A program made the position numbers and the translations under genes. This document shows positions 12,324 to 21,825 of a stretch of 64,000 nt of DNA, piece after piece. Origin of the DNA: an uncultured delta proteobacterium (lineage in GTDB: Bacteria; Myxococcota; Myxococcia; Myxococcales; Myxococcaceae); assembly GCA_963771175.1 (NCBI GenBank), contig CAVYSY010000006.1, forward strand, positions 64,001-128,000. Reading direction: 5' to 3'. Under the pieces are notes generated by a model. It saw only the letters and a list, made by a program, of their open reading frames with translations. It was not told where the DNA came from and did no database searches. The number at the start of each line of letters is the position of its first letter. Positions within the stretch are counted from its first letter, which is position 1.

Positions 12324-12938
12324 CTACATGGGGGGCAGGGACTTGCGGACGCTCTCGCGCGACTCCATGCGAGCGACCCAGGCCTTCACGTGGGGGAAGG
12401 CCTCGAGGTCCACGCCCATGGGGGTGCGCAGGAGCAGCGAGGAGACGAGGGAGAAGTCGGCGATGGAGAGCTTGCCGCAGACGAACTCCTTGTCGGCGAG
12501 CGTCTTCTCCAGCACGCCGAGGTCACGGCGCACCTTCTCCATGCCGGCGGCGTACTTCGCCTCGTCCTTGGTGCGGCCGAACATCTTCGCGTAGACGGTC
12601 TCCATCATCACCTCGCCGGTAGAGGAGGAGAACGTGGTGGCGTGCCACTGGAGCCACTGCTGCACCTGGGCCATGCCGCGCGCGTCGGTGGGCAGCAGCC
12701 CGCTCTCGGGCTTCTTGGCGGCCAGGTAACAGAGGATGGCGTTGGACTCCCAGAGGATAAAGCCATCGTCCTCGAGGGTGGGGACCTTGCCGTTGGGATT
12801 CTTGGCGAGGAACTCGGGGGACTTGTGCTCGCCCTTCATCATGTCGACGTCGACGAGGGTGACAGGGAGGGCGAGCTCGTGGACGAGAGCGCGGACCTTG
12901 AAGGCGGCGCTGGAGAACGGGTGCTGGTAGATCTTCAT
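12324..12938 (-). CDS. Glutathione S-transferase
   Basis: NPNGKVPTL, LWESNAILCYLA and SIADFSL motifs. Confidence 0.95.
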   Translation of the reverse strand: MKIYQHPFSSAAFKVRALVHELALPVTLVDVDMMKGEHKSPEFLAKNPNGKVPTLEDDGFILWESNAILCYLAAKKPESGLLPTDARGMAQVQQWLQWHATTFSSSTGEVMMETVYAKMFGRTKDEAKYAAGMEKVRRDLGVLEKTLADKEFVCGKLSIADFSLVSSLLLRTPMGVDLEAFPHVKAWVARMESRESVRKSLPPM

Positions 12939-13035
12939 GGTGGTGTCCTCGAAGGGGTACGGCGAAAAGAGGGCGCACCATATGCCGAAGCGGGGGGGGG
13001 AGGGGCACTCCGCGGTGAGCCCCGGGGCCCCGTCC

Positions 13036-14661
13036 CTACTGCCCGGCGCCGGCCGAGGAGGGCGGGGCCTCCTGCTCGGGGAGGTAGAAGGCGCCGGAGC
13101 GGGCGGCGAGCACCGCCGCGGTGAGCAGGCCCACCATCACCCCGAAGATGACGATGCCGGCGAGCGTCACCCAGTCGCTGACGGAGGCGGGCTGGAGCAG
13201 CGCGGACAGGGCCGAGCCGAAGTCAAAGCCCGCTGCGGGCTTCGTGCGCACGGCCTGCATCGCGGAGAGGAGCGCCGTCGTCAGCCCGCCCCCCACCACG
13301 CCCGCCACGCCCGCGAGCACGGCGGAGGTGGCCAGCACCGAGCCACTCACCGCCCGCATGACGGGCCGGCTCTGCACCTCGAAGTTGGGGTCCTTCACGC
13401 CCAGCGGCACGAAGCGCGCGAGCAGCAGCAACCCGGGGATGCCCGCCACCATGGTGAGCCAGAAGAACTGCTCCCAGCCCATGGCGTACACGGAGAAGCC
13501 GCTGATGGGGCCGGCGATGACGCGGGGGATGGAGAAGAGGCTGGAGAGGAGGGCGAACTGGGTGGCGGAGAAGCGCTTCTGCGTGAGCCGCAGGAGCAGC
13601 ACGGAGAAGGCCCCGGTGCCCAGCCCCTGCGTCAGCTGCTCGAAGCCGATGGCGCCGTACATGAGGGCCACGTTGGGCTCCCCGGCGCGCGCCACGAGGA
13701 CGTAGCCCACGTTGGAGACGATCTGCACCACGCCGAACAGCCACAGCGCCCGGCCCAGCCCCAGCACCGTGGTCCACGCGCCGCCAATCAGCGTGCCGAT
13801 GATGGTGCCGAACAGGCCGATGGTGCCGAGCGCCACGCCGCGGTGCACGTCGCTGTAGCCCATGTCCACCAGGAAGGGGCGCAGCAGCGAGCCGCCGAGG
13901 TTGTCCGCCAGCTTGTAGAAGAAGACGAAGGCGAGGATCTCCAGCGCCCGGTGCCGGGTGAGGAAACCCACGAAGGGGTACCAGACAGCGTCCTTGAGGG
14001 ACCTGGGCGGGGTGAAGTGCTCCTCGGGCTCGGGGGCGAAGCGGGAGATGAGGAGGGTGGGCACGTAGAGCAGCGCCAGCCCGATGACGACGAACCGCCA
14101 GGACAGCCAGCCGGCCAGGGTGATGGCCGCCGAGCCCGCGATGAACATGGCGGCGCGGTAGAGCGCCACCCGAGCCCCCACCGCGATGCCCTGCTCCTCC
14201 TTGCGCAGCACCTCCACCGCGTAGGCGTCGATGGCGATGTCCTGGGTGGCCGAGGCGAACGCCACCGCCAGGGCGAGCGCGCCCACCACCCAGGCCGACT
14301 CGGGGTGGCTGCCCAGGCCCGCCATGGCCAGGGTGGTGGCGAACAGGGCCACCTGGGCGACGGCCATCCACCCACGCCGCCGGCCCCAGAAGGGCGGCAC
14401 GTAGCGGTCCATGAGGGGGGACCAGAGGAACTTGAAGGACCAGGGAGCCTGGGCCAGGGTGATGAGGCCCACCACCCGGATGTCCACGCCGCTGCTGCGC
14501 AGCCAGTCGGGAATCGCAATCCACACCAGGCCCAGGGGCAGGCCCGAGGAGAACGAGAGCAGCGCAACGGAAGCCGTCCGCCAGGAGGCCATGGCCAACG
14601 CCAGACTCTTCAAGGTCCCCGGACGCTTCGCGGGGGCCTCGCTCTTCACGCCGTCACTCAT
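13036..14661 (-). CDS. ampG: AmpG-family muropeptide MFS transporter
   Basis: FSSGLP, KFLWSPLMD, GRRRGW, SATQDIAIDAY and SATQFALLSS motifs. Confidence 0.92.
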   Translation of the reverse strand: MSDGVKSEAPAKRPGTLKSLALAMASWRTASVALLSFSSGLPLGLVWIAIPDWLRSSGVDIRVVGLITLAQAPWSFKFLWSPLMDRYVPPFWGRRRGWMAVAQVALFATTLAMAGLGSHPESAWVVGALALAVAFASATQDIAIDAYAVEVLRKEEQGIAVGARVALYRAAMFIAGSAAITLAGWLSWRFVVIGLALLYVPTLLISRFAPEPEEHFTPPRSLKDAVWYPFVGFLTRHRALEILAFVFFYKLADNLGGSLLRPFLVDMGYSDVHRGVALGTIGLFGTIIGTLIGGAWTTVLGLGRALWLFGVVQIVSNVGYVLVARAGEPNVALMYGAIGFEQLTQGLGTGAFSVLLLRLTQKRFSATQFALLSSLFSIPRVIAGPISGFSVYAMGWEQFFWLTMVAGIPGLLLLARFVPLGVKDPNFEVQSRPVMRAVSGSVLATSAVLAGVAGVVGGGLTTALLSAMQAVRTKPAAGFDFGSALSALLQPASVSDWVTLAGIVIFGVMVGLLTAAVLAARSGAFYLPEQEAPPSSAGAGQ

Positions 14662-14861
14662 GGCGGCCACTATACCCAGCGGCGCCCTACCTCATAGGAG
14701 AGCCGTACACGCCCGCCTGGGGTTCTGCCAGCCCGTTGACATGCCGCCTCGCACGGCCGCCGTGCGGGCTCCGTCCCTCGCCCAACCTCCGAGCGGGACT
14801 CCAAGCCGTGTTGCCGTCCGAAGCCAACGTCGTGAGCGTTGTCTCTCGGAGGCATTCCACC

Positions 14862-15182
14862 ATGGCGAACCAGGACCGACGGCCCCCCTCTCAGCCCGCC
14901 GAGGACATGTTCGGCCGGCCCACGGACGTGCGGCACGAGAAGGACGAACCCAAGCACCTGCCCTCGCGCGAGCAGCAGGGTGCCCATCAGATTCCCAAGC
15001 GCGACAAGGAAGACGAGGACCGGCGGCATGCCGAGGCGGAAGCCGAGGAGGAGGTGGCCTGCGGCGGCGTCGGCGAGCTCCCCGATGGGGACGGCATCCG
15101 CAGCGAGCTCGGCACCAATCCCCTCCCCGACAGCTACTGGTTGTATTACCCCGACAAGCGGCCCGAGGGCACTGAGCCCTAA
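14862..15182 (+). CDS. Small acidic hypothetical protein
   Basis: GGAGG upstream of ATG; GC3-biased frame. Confidence 0.55.
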   Translation: MANQDRRPPSQPAEDMFGRPTDVRHEKDEPKHLPSREQQGAHQIPKRDKEDEDRRHAEAEAEEEVACGGVGELPDGDGIRSELGTNPLPDSYWLYYPDKRPEGTEP

Positions 15183-15973
15183 CGACAGTCGGGGTCCAAC
15201 AGCTCGGGCCGGTACTCGAAGTGCATCGTGTCGTAGTGGTACCAGCGCCCGCCCCAGATGAAGCCCTCGGCCTCGAAGGCGTCGACGATGACCTGGGGAA
15301 TCCGATTCGCCCAGCGCACCGGCTCCTTCGGCTTCGCCCACTCCCAGTAATGGGCGCGCGCCGTGTTCAGGTCGAGGGACACGCCATAGGAGTGCGCGCT
15401 CTGGCGGTTCGTGTTGGCGATCTTCCGCCAGTTGAAGGTGCCGCCTGGCTTCGTGAGGTACGGCCGCAGCGCCGGCTCCTTCTCCAGCGCCGCTTCGAGC
15501 CGCTTCGCCACGCGCTCGAAGGCCGGCTCCACCTTCCGGTGCACCTTCAGTCGCTGCCCGAGGAAGGAGATGCCCACCAGGTCCACCTTGTCCGCGGAGG
15601 CGCCGTAGGTGGCATGGAAGAGCGGCTCGAAACGGATGCGCCCCGGGTCCTCGTTCTCGCGCGTCACCGGCGCGATGGGCCCCGTCGGGTAGGGCAGGGA
15701 GAAGGTGTCCTCCAGGTCCGGCGCGGCCAGTTTCTCCTCGAAGGACTTCGGCTTCCCGTCATCCCACGGGTACGTCTCGCCGCCCGGGAGCTTCGCCCTC
15801 CACGCGCCTTCCACCCGCACCGGCTCCACCGGGTACCACTTCGCCAGGCACGCCAGCGCGCGCGGCGGCACCTCCGGAGCGGGAGCGGTCGCGGGGACCT
15901 CGGCGCCGGCGCGGCCTCCGAGCACGAGCGCGAGCACGAGGGCCAGGGGTGGGCTGTTCGGGCGAAGTCGCAT
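15179..15973 (-). CDS. Secreted M15-family Zn peptidase (D-Ala-D-Ala carboxypeptidase-like)
   Basis: SAHSYGVSLD, FIWGGRW and DTMHFEYRPEL motifs; signal peptide. Confidence 0.9.
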   Translation of the reverse strand: MRLRPNSPPLALVLALVLGGRAGAEVPATAPAPEVPPRALACLAKWYPVEPVRVEGAWRAKLPGGETYPWDDGKPKSFEEKLAAPDLEDTFSLPYPTGPIAPVTRENEDPGRIRFEPLFHATYGASADKVDLVGISFLGQRLKVHRKVEPAFERVAKRLEAALEKEPALRPYLTKPGGTFNWRKIANTNRQSAHSYGVSLDLNTARAHYWEWAKPKEPVRWANRIPQVIVDAFEAEGFIWGGRWYHYDTMHFEYRPELLDPDCR

Positions 15974-16079
15974 TCACCGATCGTGTCATGCATGCGCGCC
16001 CTCGTCCTGAACACCCCCCTCGCTGCGAACCAGAGGGGCCGGTTGACATCGGCGCGGAGCGGACCAAGCTCGCGAGCCC

Positions 16080-16952
16080 ATGAGGATCCATCATCTGAAC
16101 GGATGCACGTGCTGCCCGAGGGGCAGTCGCCTGCTGCTGGGGCGCGAGGACGCGCGACTGGTGTGCCACTGCCTGCTCATCGAGACGGAGGCCGGGCTGG
16201 TGCTGGTGGACACGGCGCTGGGGCTGGAGGACCTCCAGGCCGAGTCCCACCGGAGCGTGCGGCGCATGTTGGGGCCGATGCGTCCGAGGATGGATCCAGA
16301 GGAGACGATGGCGCGGCAGGTGGAGCGGCTGGGCTACCGGCGCGAGGACGTGCGGCACATCGTGCTGACGCACCTGGATGCGGACCACGCGGGGGGCCTG
16401 GCGGACTTCCCTCGAGCGAAGGTGCACGTGTACGCGAAGGAGCACGCGGCGGCGGTGGTGGATCGGGGGCTGAGGGAGCGCGTGCGCTTCCAGGAGTGCC
16501 AGTGGGCGCACGGCCCGGACTGGAAGCTCTACGAGGTGACGCAAGGCGAGCGGTGGTTCGGCTTCGAGTGCGTGCGCCAGTTGGAGGGCCTACCGCCGGA
16601 GCTCCTGCTGGTGCCACTGGTGGGACACACGAAGGGGCACTGCGCGGTGGCGGTGGACCGGGGAGACGGGTGGCTGCTGCACGCGGGCGACGCCTACTTC
16701 TACCGGGGAGAGATGGAAGCAGACCCGCACTGCCCGGCGGGGCTGCGCTTCTTCCAGACGCTCATCGAGGAGAAGCGTCGGGAGCGGCTGCACAACCAGG
16801 AGCGGCTGCGCGAGCTGGCGCGGGCGCAGGCGGGCAAGGTGCAGGTGTTCTGCGCCCACGACGAGGAGGAGTGGCGGCGGCTGGCCGGGCACGAGGCCAC
16901 GGCGGGCGCGGCGACTACTTCTTCTTCGGAGTCGCGAGCCGCTCGAGGGTAG
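16080..16952 (+). CDS. MBL-fold metallo-hydrolase
   Basis: THLDADH, GHTKGH, HAGDAY and FCAHD motifs. Confidence 0.93.
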   Translation: MRIHHLNGCTCCPRGSRLLLGREDARLVCHCLLIETEAGLVLVDTALGLEDLQAESHRSVRRMLGPMRPRMDPEETMARQVERLGYRREDVRHIVLTHLDADHAGGLADFPRAKVHVYAKEHAAAVVDRGLRERVRFQECQWAHGPDWKLYEVTQGERWFGFECVRQLEGLPPELLLVPLVGHTKGHCAVAVDRGDGWLLHAGDAYFYRGEMEADPHCPAGLRFFQTLIEEKRRERLHNQERLRELARAQAGKVQVFCAHDEEEWRRLAGHEATAGAATTSSSESRAARG

Positions 16953-17133
16953 AGGCGAAGCTCTTGCGCTCGGGGTTGAGCGGCGCGTCCAACTGGCGCT
17001 GCTCGCGCACGGTGGAGGTGGGGGATTCGAGGGGGCCTTCGAGGGCCTCCTTGTCGAAGCGATCCTGTCCGCCGCCGACGCGGCGCAGGGGCTGCGTGCC
17101 ATAGACGCGACGGTAGGGGTCTCTCCCAGCCAT
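16915..17133 (-). CDS. Small hypothetical protein (72 aa)
   Basis: GGAGG RBS before ATG MAGRDPYRR; plausible codon usage. Confidence 0.5.
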   Translation of the reverse strand: MAGRDPYRRVYGTQPLRRVGGGQDRFDKEALEGPLESPTSTVREQRQLDAPLNPERKSFASTLERLATPKKK

Positions 17134-17305
17134 GGGGCACCTCCGGGGGTAGGAGTGACAGAGCATAGGCCGAAGCGGCCCGAGCATGCACGGGGCCGCG
17201 GGAGCAAGGCTCGGCCCCGGGGCAGGCGAGCAACCCCTTGCGCTCGGAGCATTTACGAGCGATCTCCCCTCCATCGGGTACCCTGCGCCCGAGTCCCCGC
17301 CCCTC

Positions 17306-19261
17306 ATGTCCTCCTCGTCGACAGCACCGCTCGCGCCCGAGTCGGCCCTGCTCCGCGTCGCGACTCCTCCCGAGGAGTCGCCCCTGCGCGGCGCCGAGCT
17401 GCGCCTCAAGGAGCTCCTCGCCGAGCTCGACGCGCTCGACACGGAGCTCGACTCGCTCGGCCTGGAGCTGGAGCGCTTCGCCCGCGCCTACGAGGAAGCC
17501 CTCTCCCCCTCCTTCGAGGAGGTGGGCCGCTCCGAGCGGCTCCTGCGCCGGCTCCGCAACCTCCAGGACGCCGCCTCCGCCCTCATCCGCCTCCTGGAGC
17601 GCCCCGCGCCCCCTCCCGAGTCTGATCCCACCTCCCCCGAGCATCCCGCGCGCACCCTGCCGGCCTCGACCTCCGCCGCCCAGGCCCGGGCCGCGGAGTC
17701 CGACGCCTCCGAGGAAGACGAGGACGGGGACGCGGACGCCTTCGAGGACGAAACCCTCCCCGAGGACGAGCAGCCCTCCGAGCAGGAGCTCCTCGCCGAG
17801 CGCGAGGACGAGGTGGTGGTCCTCAAGCGGCTGCACCGTCGTCTCGCGCGGCTGCTGCACCCGGACCTCGCGCAGTCGGACGAGGAGCGCACGCGGCTGG
17901 ACGCCCTCATGGCCCGCGTGAACGTGGCCTACGAGGCCGGAGACCGCACCACGCTGGAGCTGATCGCCGCCAAGGTGGGCGCGGGCGAGACCGCGGACTC
18001 GCTCACCGAGGACGAGCGACTGGCGCACCTCGAGCGCCGCATCCGCACCCTGTCCACCGCCGCCCACTCCCTGCGCCAGCAGCGCGAGAGCCTGCGCGCC
18101 ACCGCCACCGCCCGCCTCCACGAGGAGTCCCGCCGCCGCGCCGCCGAGGGCCGCGACTACCTCGCCGAGACGCGCGCGGAGATGGACGAGGAGCTCCACG
18201 GCCTCGCGCAGGATGCCCGCGCCCGCATGCGCCAGCTCGAGCGCGCCGCGCGCACACTCACGTCCCTGAGGAACAAGCGCATGTCCACGCTCGCCGAGAA
18301 CGGCAAGGGAAAGAAACTCCGCGCCTTCGACCCCGTGCTGGAGAGCCCCCTGGTGCGCCAGGGCGTGCTCCGCCTCGAGCGCCAGCGCGCCACGCCCGCC
18401 GCGCGCGAGCTCGCCCGCCGCCTCGAGGACTCCGTCACCCAGGAGCCCTGGCAGCTCGCCCTCACCCTCATGGCCTTCTTCGCCGAGGCCGCTGGCCGTC
18501 CGCCCCCGGGGCTCGACTCCAGCGAGGCCTGGGCCGAGCGCTACGAGTTGCTGCGCGAGCTCGGCATGCAGGAAGCGCCGGACTACGACCAGGCCCTCAC
18601 GCGGCTGCCGCGCCACCTGGAGCTCGGCATGCGCGCGATGAAGAAGGAGGTCCGCTTCGGCCTCCAACTGCGCGAGGCCGAGCTGCTCGCCGCCGTGCCC
18701 CTGGCGCTCCAGCGCGCGGACGTGGCCGAGCTGGGCCGCTCCGTGCTCTCCGTCATCGGCCCGCAGGAGCAGTGCAAGCGCTGTGGCGAGGAGGTGCTCC
18801 TCCAGCACCTGCTGCGCACCCGAGGGCTCGACGAGCTCAACGGCATGCTGTGCCCGCTGTGCGCCCACGTGCAGAAGAGCTACTGGCTCTACAGCCGCTC
18901 CGAGGGCCAGGAGGCACTGCTGCCCCACGCGCTGAGACTCGGCACGGTGGTGGAGCAGGTGGTGCGGCTCGCGGGCAAGAGCGTGGGCTTCCAGTTCCTC
19001 CCCGAGGAGCGCGAGTCCCTCACCGCGGCCGGGCTGCGCCAGCGCTTCGCGGACCTGTACCTCCAGCCCTATGGCGTGGAGGTGGAGCCGGCGCATGTGC
19101 GGCTCGTGCAGGGCGGCCGTGCTCTCGCCCCGGAGGCGCTGGTGGGCAAGGGCACCGTCAAGCTCGAGCTGGAGGCCGGGTCCGGCCCGCCCGAGAAGGA
19201 AGTCCTCGAGCTGCTGCGCTCGCGCATCGAGCGGCGCTTCCGGCCCGACGCCGCCGGGTGA
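17306..19261 (+). CDS. Coiled-coil J-domain-like protein with Zn ribbon and C-terminal Ubl-like segment
   Basis: LARLLHPDL...MARVNVAY J motif; CKRC...CPLC; acidic linker. Confidence 0.75.
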   Translation: MSSSSTAPLAPESALLRVATPPEESPLRGAELRLKELLAELDALDTELDSLGLELERFARAYEEALSPSFEEVGRSERLLRRLRNLQDAASALIRLLERPAPPPESDPTSPEHPARTLPASTSAAQARAAESDASEEDEDGDADAFEDETLPEDEQPSEQELLAEREDEVVVLKRLHRRLARLLHPDLAQSDEERTRLDALMARVNVAYEAGDRTTLELIAAKVGAGETADSLTEDERLAHLERRIRTLSTAAHSLRQQRESLRATATARLHEESRRRAAEGRDYLAETRAEMDEELHGLAQDARARMRQLERAARTLTSLRNKRMSTLAENGKGKKLRAFDPVLESPLVRQGVLRLERQRATPAARELARRLEDSVTQEPWQLALTLMAFFAEAAGRPPPGLDSSEAWAERYELLRELGMQEAPDYDQALTRLPRHLELGMRAMKKEVRFGLQLREAELLAAVPLALQRADVAELGRSVLSVIGPQEQCKRCGEEVLLQHLLRTRGLDELNGMLCPLCAHVQKSYWLYSRSEGQEALLPHALRLGTVVEQVVRLAGKSVGFQFLPEERESLTAAGLRQRFADLYLQPYGVEVEPAHVRLVQGGRALAPEALVGKGTVKLELEAGSGPPEKEVLELLRSRIERRFRPDAAG

Positions 19262-19279
19262 GCAGCCAGCGCGCGTGAG

Positions 19280-20209
19280 CTAGGACTCGAAGAGCTCCTG
19301 CACGGACCGCACGGACACGGCCTTGCGGAGCCAGCGCTTGAGCTGCTCGATTTCCGCGCAGGCGGCAATGCGCTGGCGGGCCTGCTCGTCCACCTGGAGG
19401 CCTCGGGCTTCAAGTACCTCCAACAGGGCGCTCATCTCCCCTTCCTGGAGGCCCTCCTGCCTGCCCTCCTGCCGGCCTTCCTGCCGACCTTCCTGCCGGC
19501 CCTCCTGCCGACCTTCCTCACGCCCCTTGGCAAGGTACCGCCGGGCGAACTCGCTCTGGTACTCGTAGGTGCCACTGCGCATCAGTGCCTCCAGGGCCGT
19601 GCGTGCCACGTCATTCAGCGAGCACATCACCAGGTCAAAATAGAAGCGCGCCCGCTCGTCTTCAATCCCCACCAGCCCTGGCAGCACCGCCTCGGCGATG
19701 GCCGCCCCCCGCTCCCCCTGCCCATGTGCCATGGCGGACAGCACCGCCAACTCCACCGCCTCTCGCGCCACCTCGGCCCGGGTAACCACCGGAATGCTCT
19801 CCGGCCCCGCCACGTAGGGCCTCAGCACAAAGCCCCGATGGCCCGTCTCCATCGACTGCCCACACCAGCGCGCCACCCCCGCCTCCGGCGCCACCACCAG
19901 CAGCGCCGTGGGGCACCTCAACCTCGCCCTCATGTGGGTGAGGTACACCGGCCACGTAAACCTCTTCTCCTCGTTGGACGAGAGTTGCACCTCCACCACG
20001 ATGGCGAAGCGGGGTCTGGCCTCCCCTAACAGCACCACCAGGTCCGCCCGGTACTCGGTGGGCACCACCTGGTTCAGCTCCGCGGACTCCGCCCGGGCCT
20101 CCGCGTAGGCGGGCAACTCGACACCCAGCGCGTCGCGCAACAACTCGGCCGCCAGGGCCGGACGGTTGCGGAACAACTCCAGGAGGGCCTCGTGCCGGAG
20201 GGAGAGCAT
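19280..20209 (-). CDS. Rpn/YhgA-like PD-(D/E)XK-family protein
   Basis: RADLVV..IVVEVQL nuclease-like core; C-terminal (EGRQ)n repeats and L..WL helix. Confidence 0.8.
   Translation of the reverse strand: MLSLRHEALLELFRNRPALAAELLRDALGVELPAYAEARAESAELNQVVPTEYRADLVVLLGEARPRFAIVVEVQLSSNEEKRFTWPVYLTHMRARLRCPTALLVVAPEAGVARWCGQSMETGHRGFVLRPYVAGPESIPVVTRAEVAREAVELAVLSAMAHGQGERGAAIAEAVLPGLVGIEDERARFYFDLVMCSLNDVARTALEALMRSGTYEYQSEFARRYLAKGREEGRQEGRQEGRQEGRQEGRQEGLQEGEMSALLEVLEARGLQVDEQARQRIAACAEIEQLKRWLRKAVSVRSVQELFES
19441..19520 (-). repeat. 12-bp coding tandem repeat (EGRQ)
   Basis: Repeated CCTTCCTGCCGG-like units encoding GREEGRQEGRQEGRQEGRQEGLQEG. Confidence 0.85.
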
Positions 20210-20244
20210 GCGGCAGGGAAGGTAACCCTACAAGTCATCTTGTT

Positions 20245-20261
20245 GTCAACCCAGGGTTGAC
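20245..20261. promoter_or_regulatory. Perfect 17-bp palindrome, candidate operator
   Basis: GTCAACCC-A-GGGTTGAC in an AT-richer divergent intergenic region 36 bp upstream of the Rpn-like start. Confidence 0.5.
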
Positions 20262-20506
20262 TCAAGAAGTAGTCCCAGAGTTCCCCGCGGGCCTCCAGCA
20301 ACCTGCTCATCGGGGCACTCTCCACCGTGGAGGAGCACCCGGTCTTCCGACTCCAGCATCTGCGCGAAACGAGCCCGGGGAGCGCTCCCGCGGTCCAGGT
20401 CTCAATGACTTTGATGACGCCGGGTTGCGTCCGCTCCACCCCACCGTGAACCGACCATGTCAGACCCGCTTGGGAGACTGGTCGGTCCAAAGGAGGGACT
20501 GACCGC

Positions 20507-20935
20507 ATGGGATATGGGGACTATCGGCGCCGTGGGTCGTACCGCGACCGCGCCCAGTGGGAGGACCCGCGATCGGAGGAGACGTCGAGCACGGGGTGGC
20601 TGCTGGTGGCGGGGGCAGTGGCCCTCTGGCTCTGGAGCAAACTCCAGGAAGAGTCAGGAGCCCGGCGGCAGTCCGAGCAACGCGAGGCGGAGGCCACCCG
20701 GCAGGCCGAAGAGGCGCGCCGGGACGCCGAGGAGGCGCGCCGGGACGCCGAGGAGGCGCATGCACGCGAGCAGCAGATGCGGCGCCGGGCCGAGGAGGCC
20801 CAGGCTGAAGCGAATCGGCAGAAGCAGCTGGCGCAAGCCGCGGAGGCCGAGCTGAAGCGCCAACAGTCCGCCACTGAGGAACAGCAGGTCCCCCAGGATG
20901 AAGAACCCGACCATCCTGGGGCCGGACCTCATTGA
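20507..20935 (+). CDS. Hypothetical single-TM coiled-coil protein
   Basis: TM segment WLLVAGAVALWLW; 21-bp tandem duplication (EARRDAE). Confidence 0.55.
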   Translation: MGYGDYRRRGSYRDRAQWEDPRSEETSSTGWLLVAGAVALWLWSKLQEESGARRQSEQREAEATRQAEEARRDAEEARRDAEEAHAREQQMRRRAEEAQAEANRQKQLAQAAEAELKRQQSATEEQQVPQDEEPDHPGAGPH

Positions 20936-21031
20936 ACGGGGCACCCGAGGTGCGGGCTCGGGACATGGGGTCCCGAGCACCTGAGCTTGCATTCTCGGGA
21001 GCCCTGTCGCGAGCAGTGAGCCGCGGAGGCC

Positions 21032-21652
21032 TCAGCCCTGCTGCCGGCCCTCGATGGCGCACAGGAGGACCGCCGCCGCGATGCCCATGCGACGGTCCAG
21101 CTTGCCGCCCCGGTCCACGGAGAAGTCCAGTTCGATCTTCTGGATGAAGGGGTTGAAGCGCTGGCGGAAGGTGAGGACCGGCGTGCCGCCCACCGTGCCC
21201 TGGAAGGTCTGCGGCACGAGGTTGGACAGCAGGCGACGCACCAGCGCGAGCGCCAGGCTGTCCTCCTGGATGCTGCCCATCTCCTGGTCGTTGGCATCCA
21301 GGACGAGCCACTCGTCGCGCAGGATGGACTTGAGGCCCTTGCGGCGCAGCGCGCCAATCTTGCGGCCCGTCGTCGTGTCGGTGACGTCGTAGGTGGCGCT
21401 GATGTCGAGGATGTTGCGGGCCTTGATGGAGAGGACCTCCTCGTTCATCTCCTCGCTGGTGAAGACGCGCAGATCCTCCTTCAGCTTGAAGGCCTTCATC
21501 TTCGAGTAGAAGGCGACGTTGCCCGCTTCATCGTAGATGTGGAAGGCGCCGCCGAAGAGCTTGAAGAACTTCTTGCGGAGCAGGTAGCGGCTCTGGCCGA
21601 AGCGGCCGGCGGCGAGGTCACTGTTCGGGCGCTGCTGGATGGCGGTCGACAT
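21032..21652 (-). CDS. LURP-one/scramblase (tubby C-terminal-like) protein
   Basis: Repeated beta-hairpin pattern FHIYD..., IKARNILD, LRRKGLKS; C-terminal buried helix LLCAIE. Confidence 0.75.
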   Translation of the reverse strand: MSTAIQQRPNSDLAAGRFGQSRYLLRKKFFKLFGGAFHIYDEAGNVAFYSKMKAFKLKEDLRVFTSEEMNEEVLSIKARNILDISATYDVTDTTTGRKIGALRRKGLKSILRDEWLVLDANDQEMGSIQEDSLALALVRRLLSNLVPQTFQGTVGGTPVLTFRQRFNPFIQKIELDFSVDRGGKLDRRMGIAAAVLLCAIEGRQQG

Positions 21653-21825
21653 GGGAGTCCCCCTTTTTGGGCTGATGCGTGGAGGCGCTGATATAGCGCA
21701 TCGCGGCATGAGGCCGGAAACGCTTCACTCGGGGCGAAGCGGGGCCACTGCCACCGTGCGCGATGACGGACGAGAAGCAGTGCGCCCCGAAGAAGGGCAG
21801 GTAGCCCGCGAGCGAGGGTCGACGC

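Noticed and set aside
16700..19096. Long antisense ORFs (also 12937..14697, 59740..61635, 50799..53183 and others)
   Set aside because: Stop-poor shadow frames typical of ~70% GC DNA, opposite well-supported genes.
19441..19520. Short tandem repeats resembling a CRISPR or VNTR array
   Set aside because: 12-bp in-frame coding repeats with no spacers and no cas genes.
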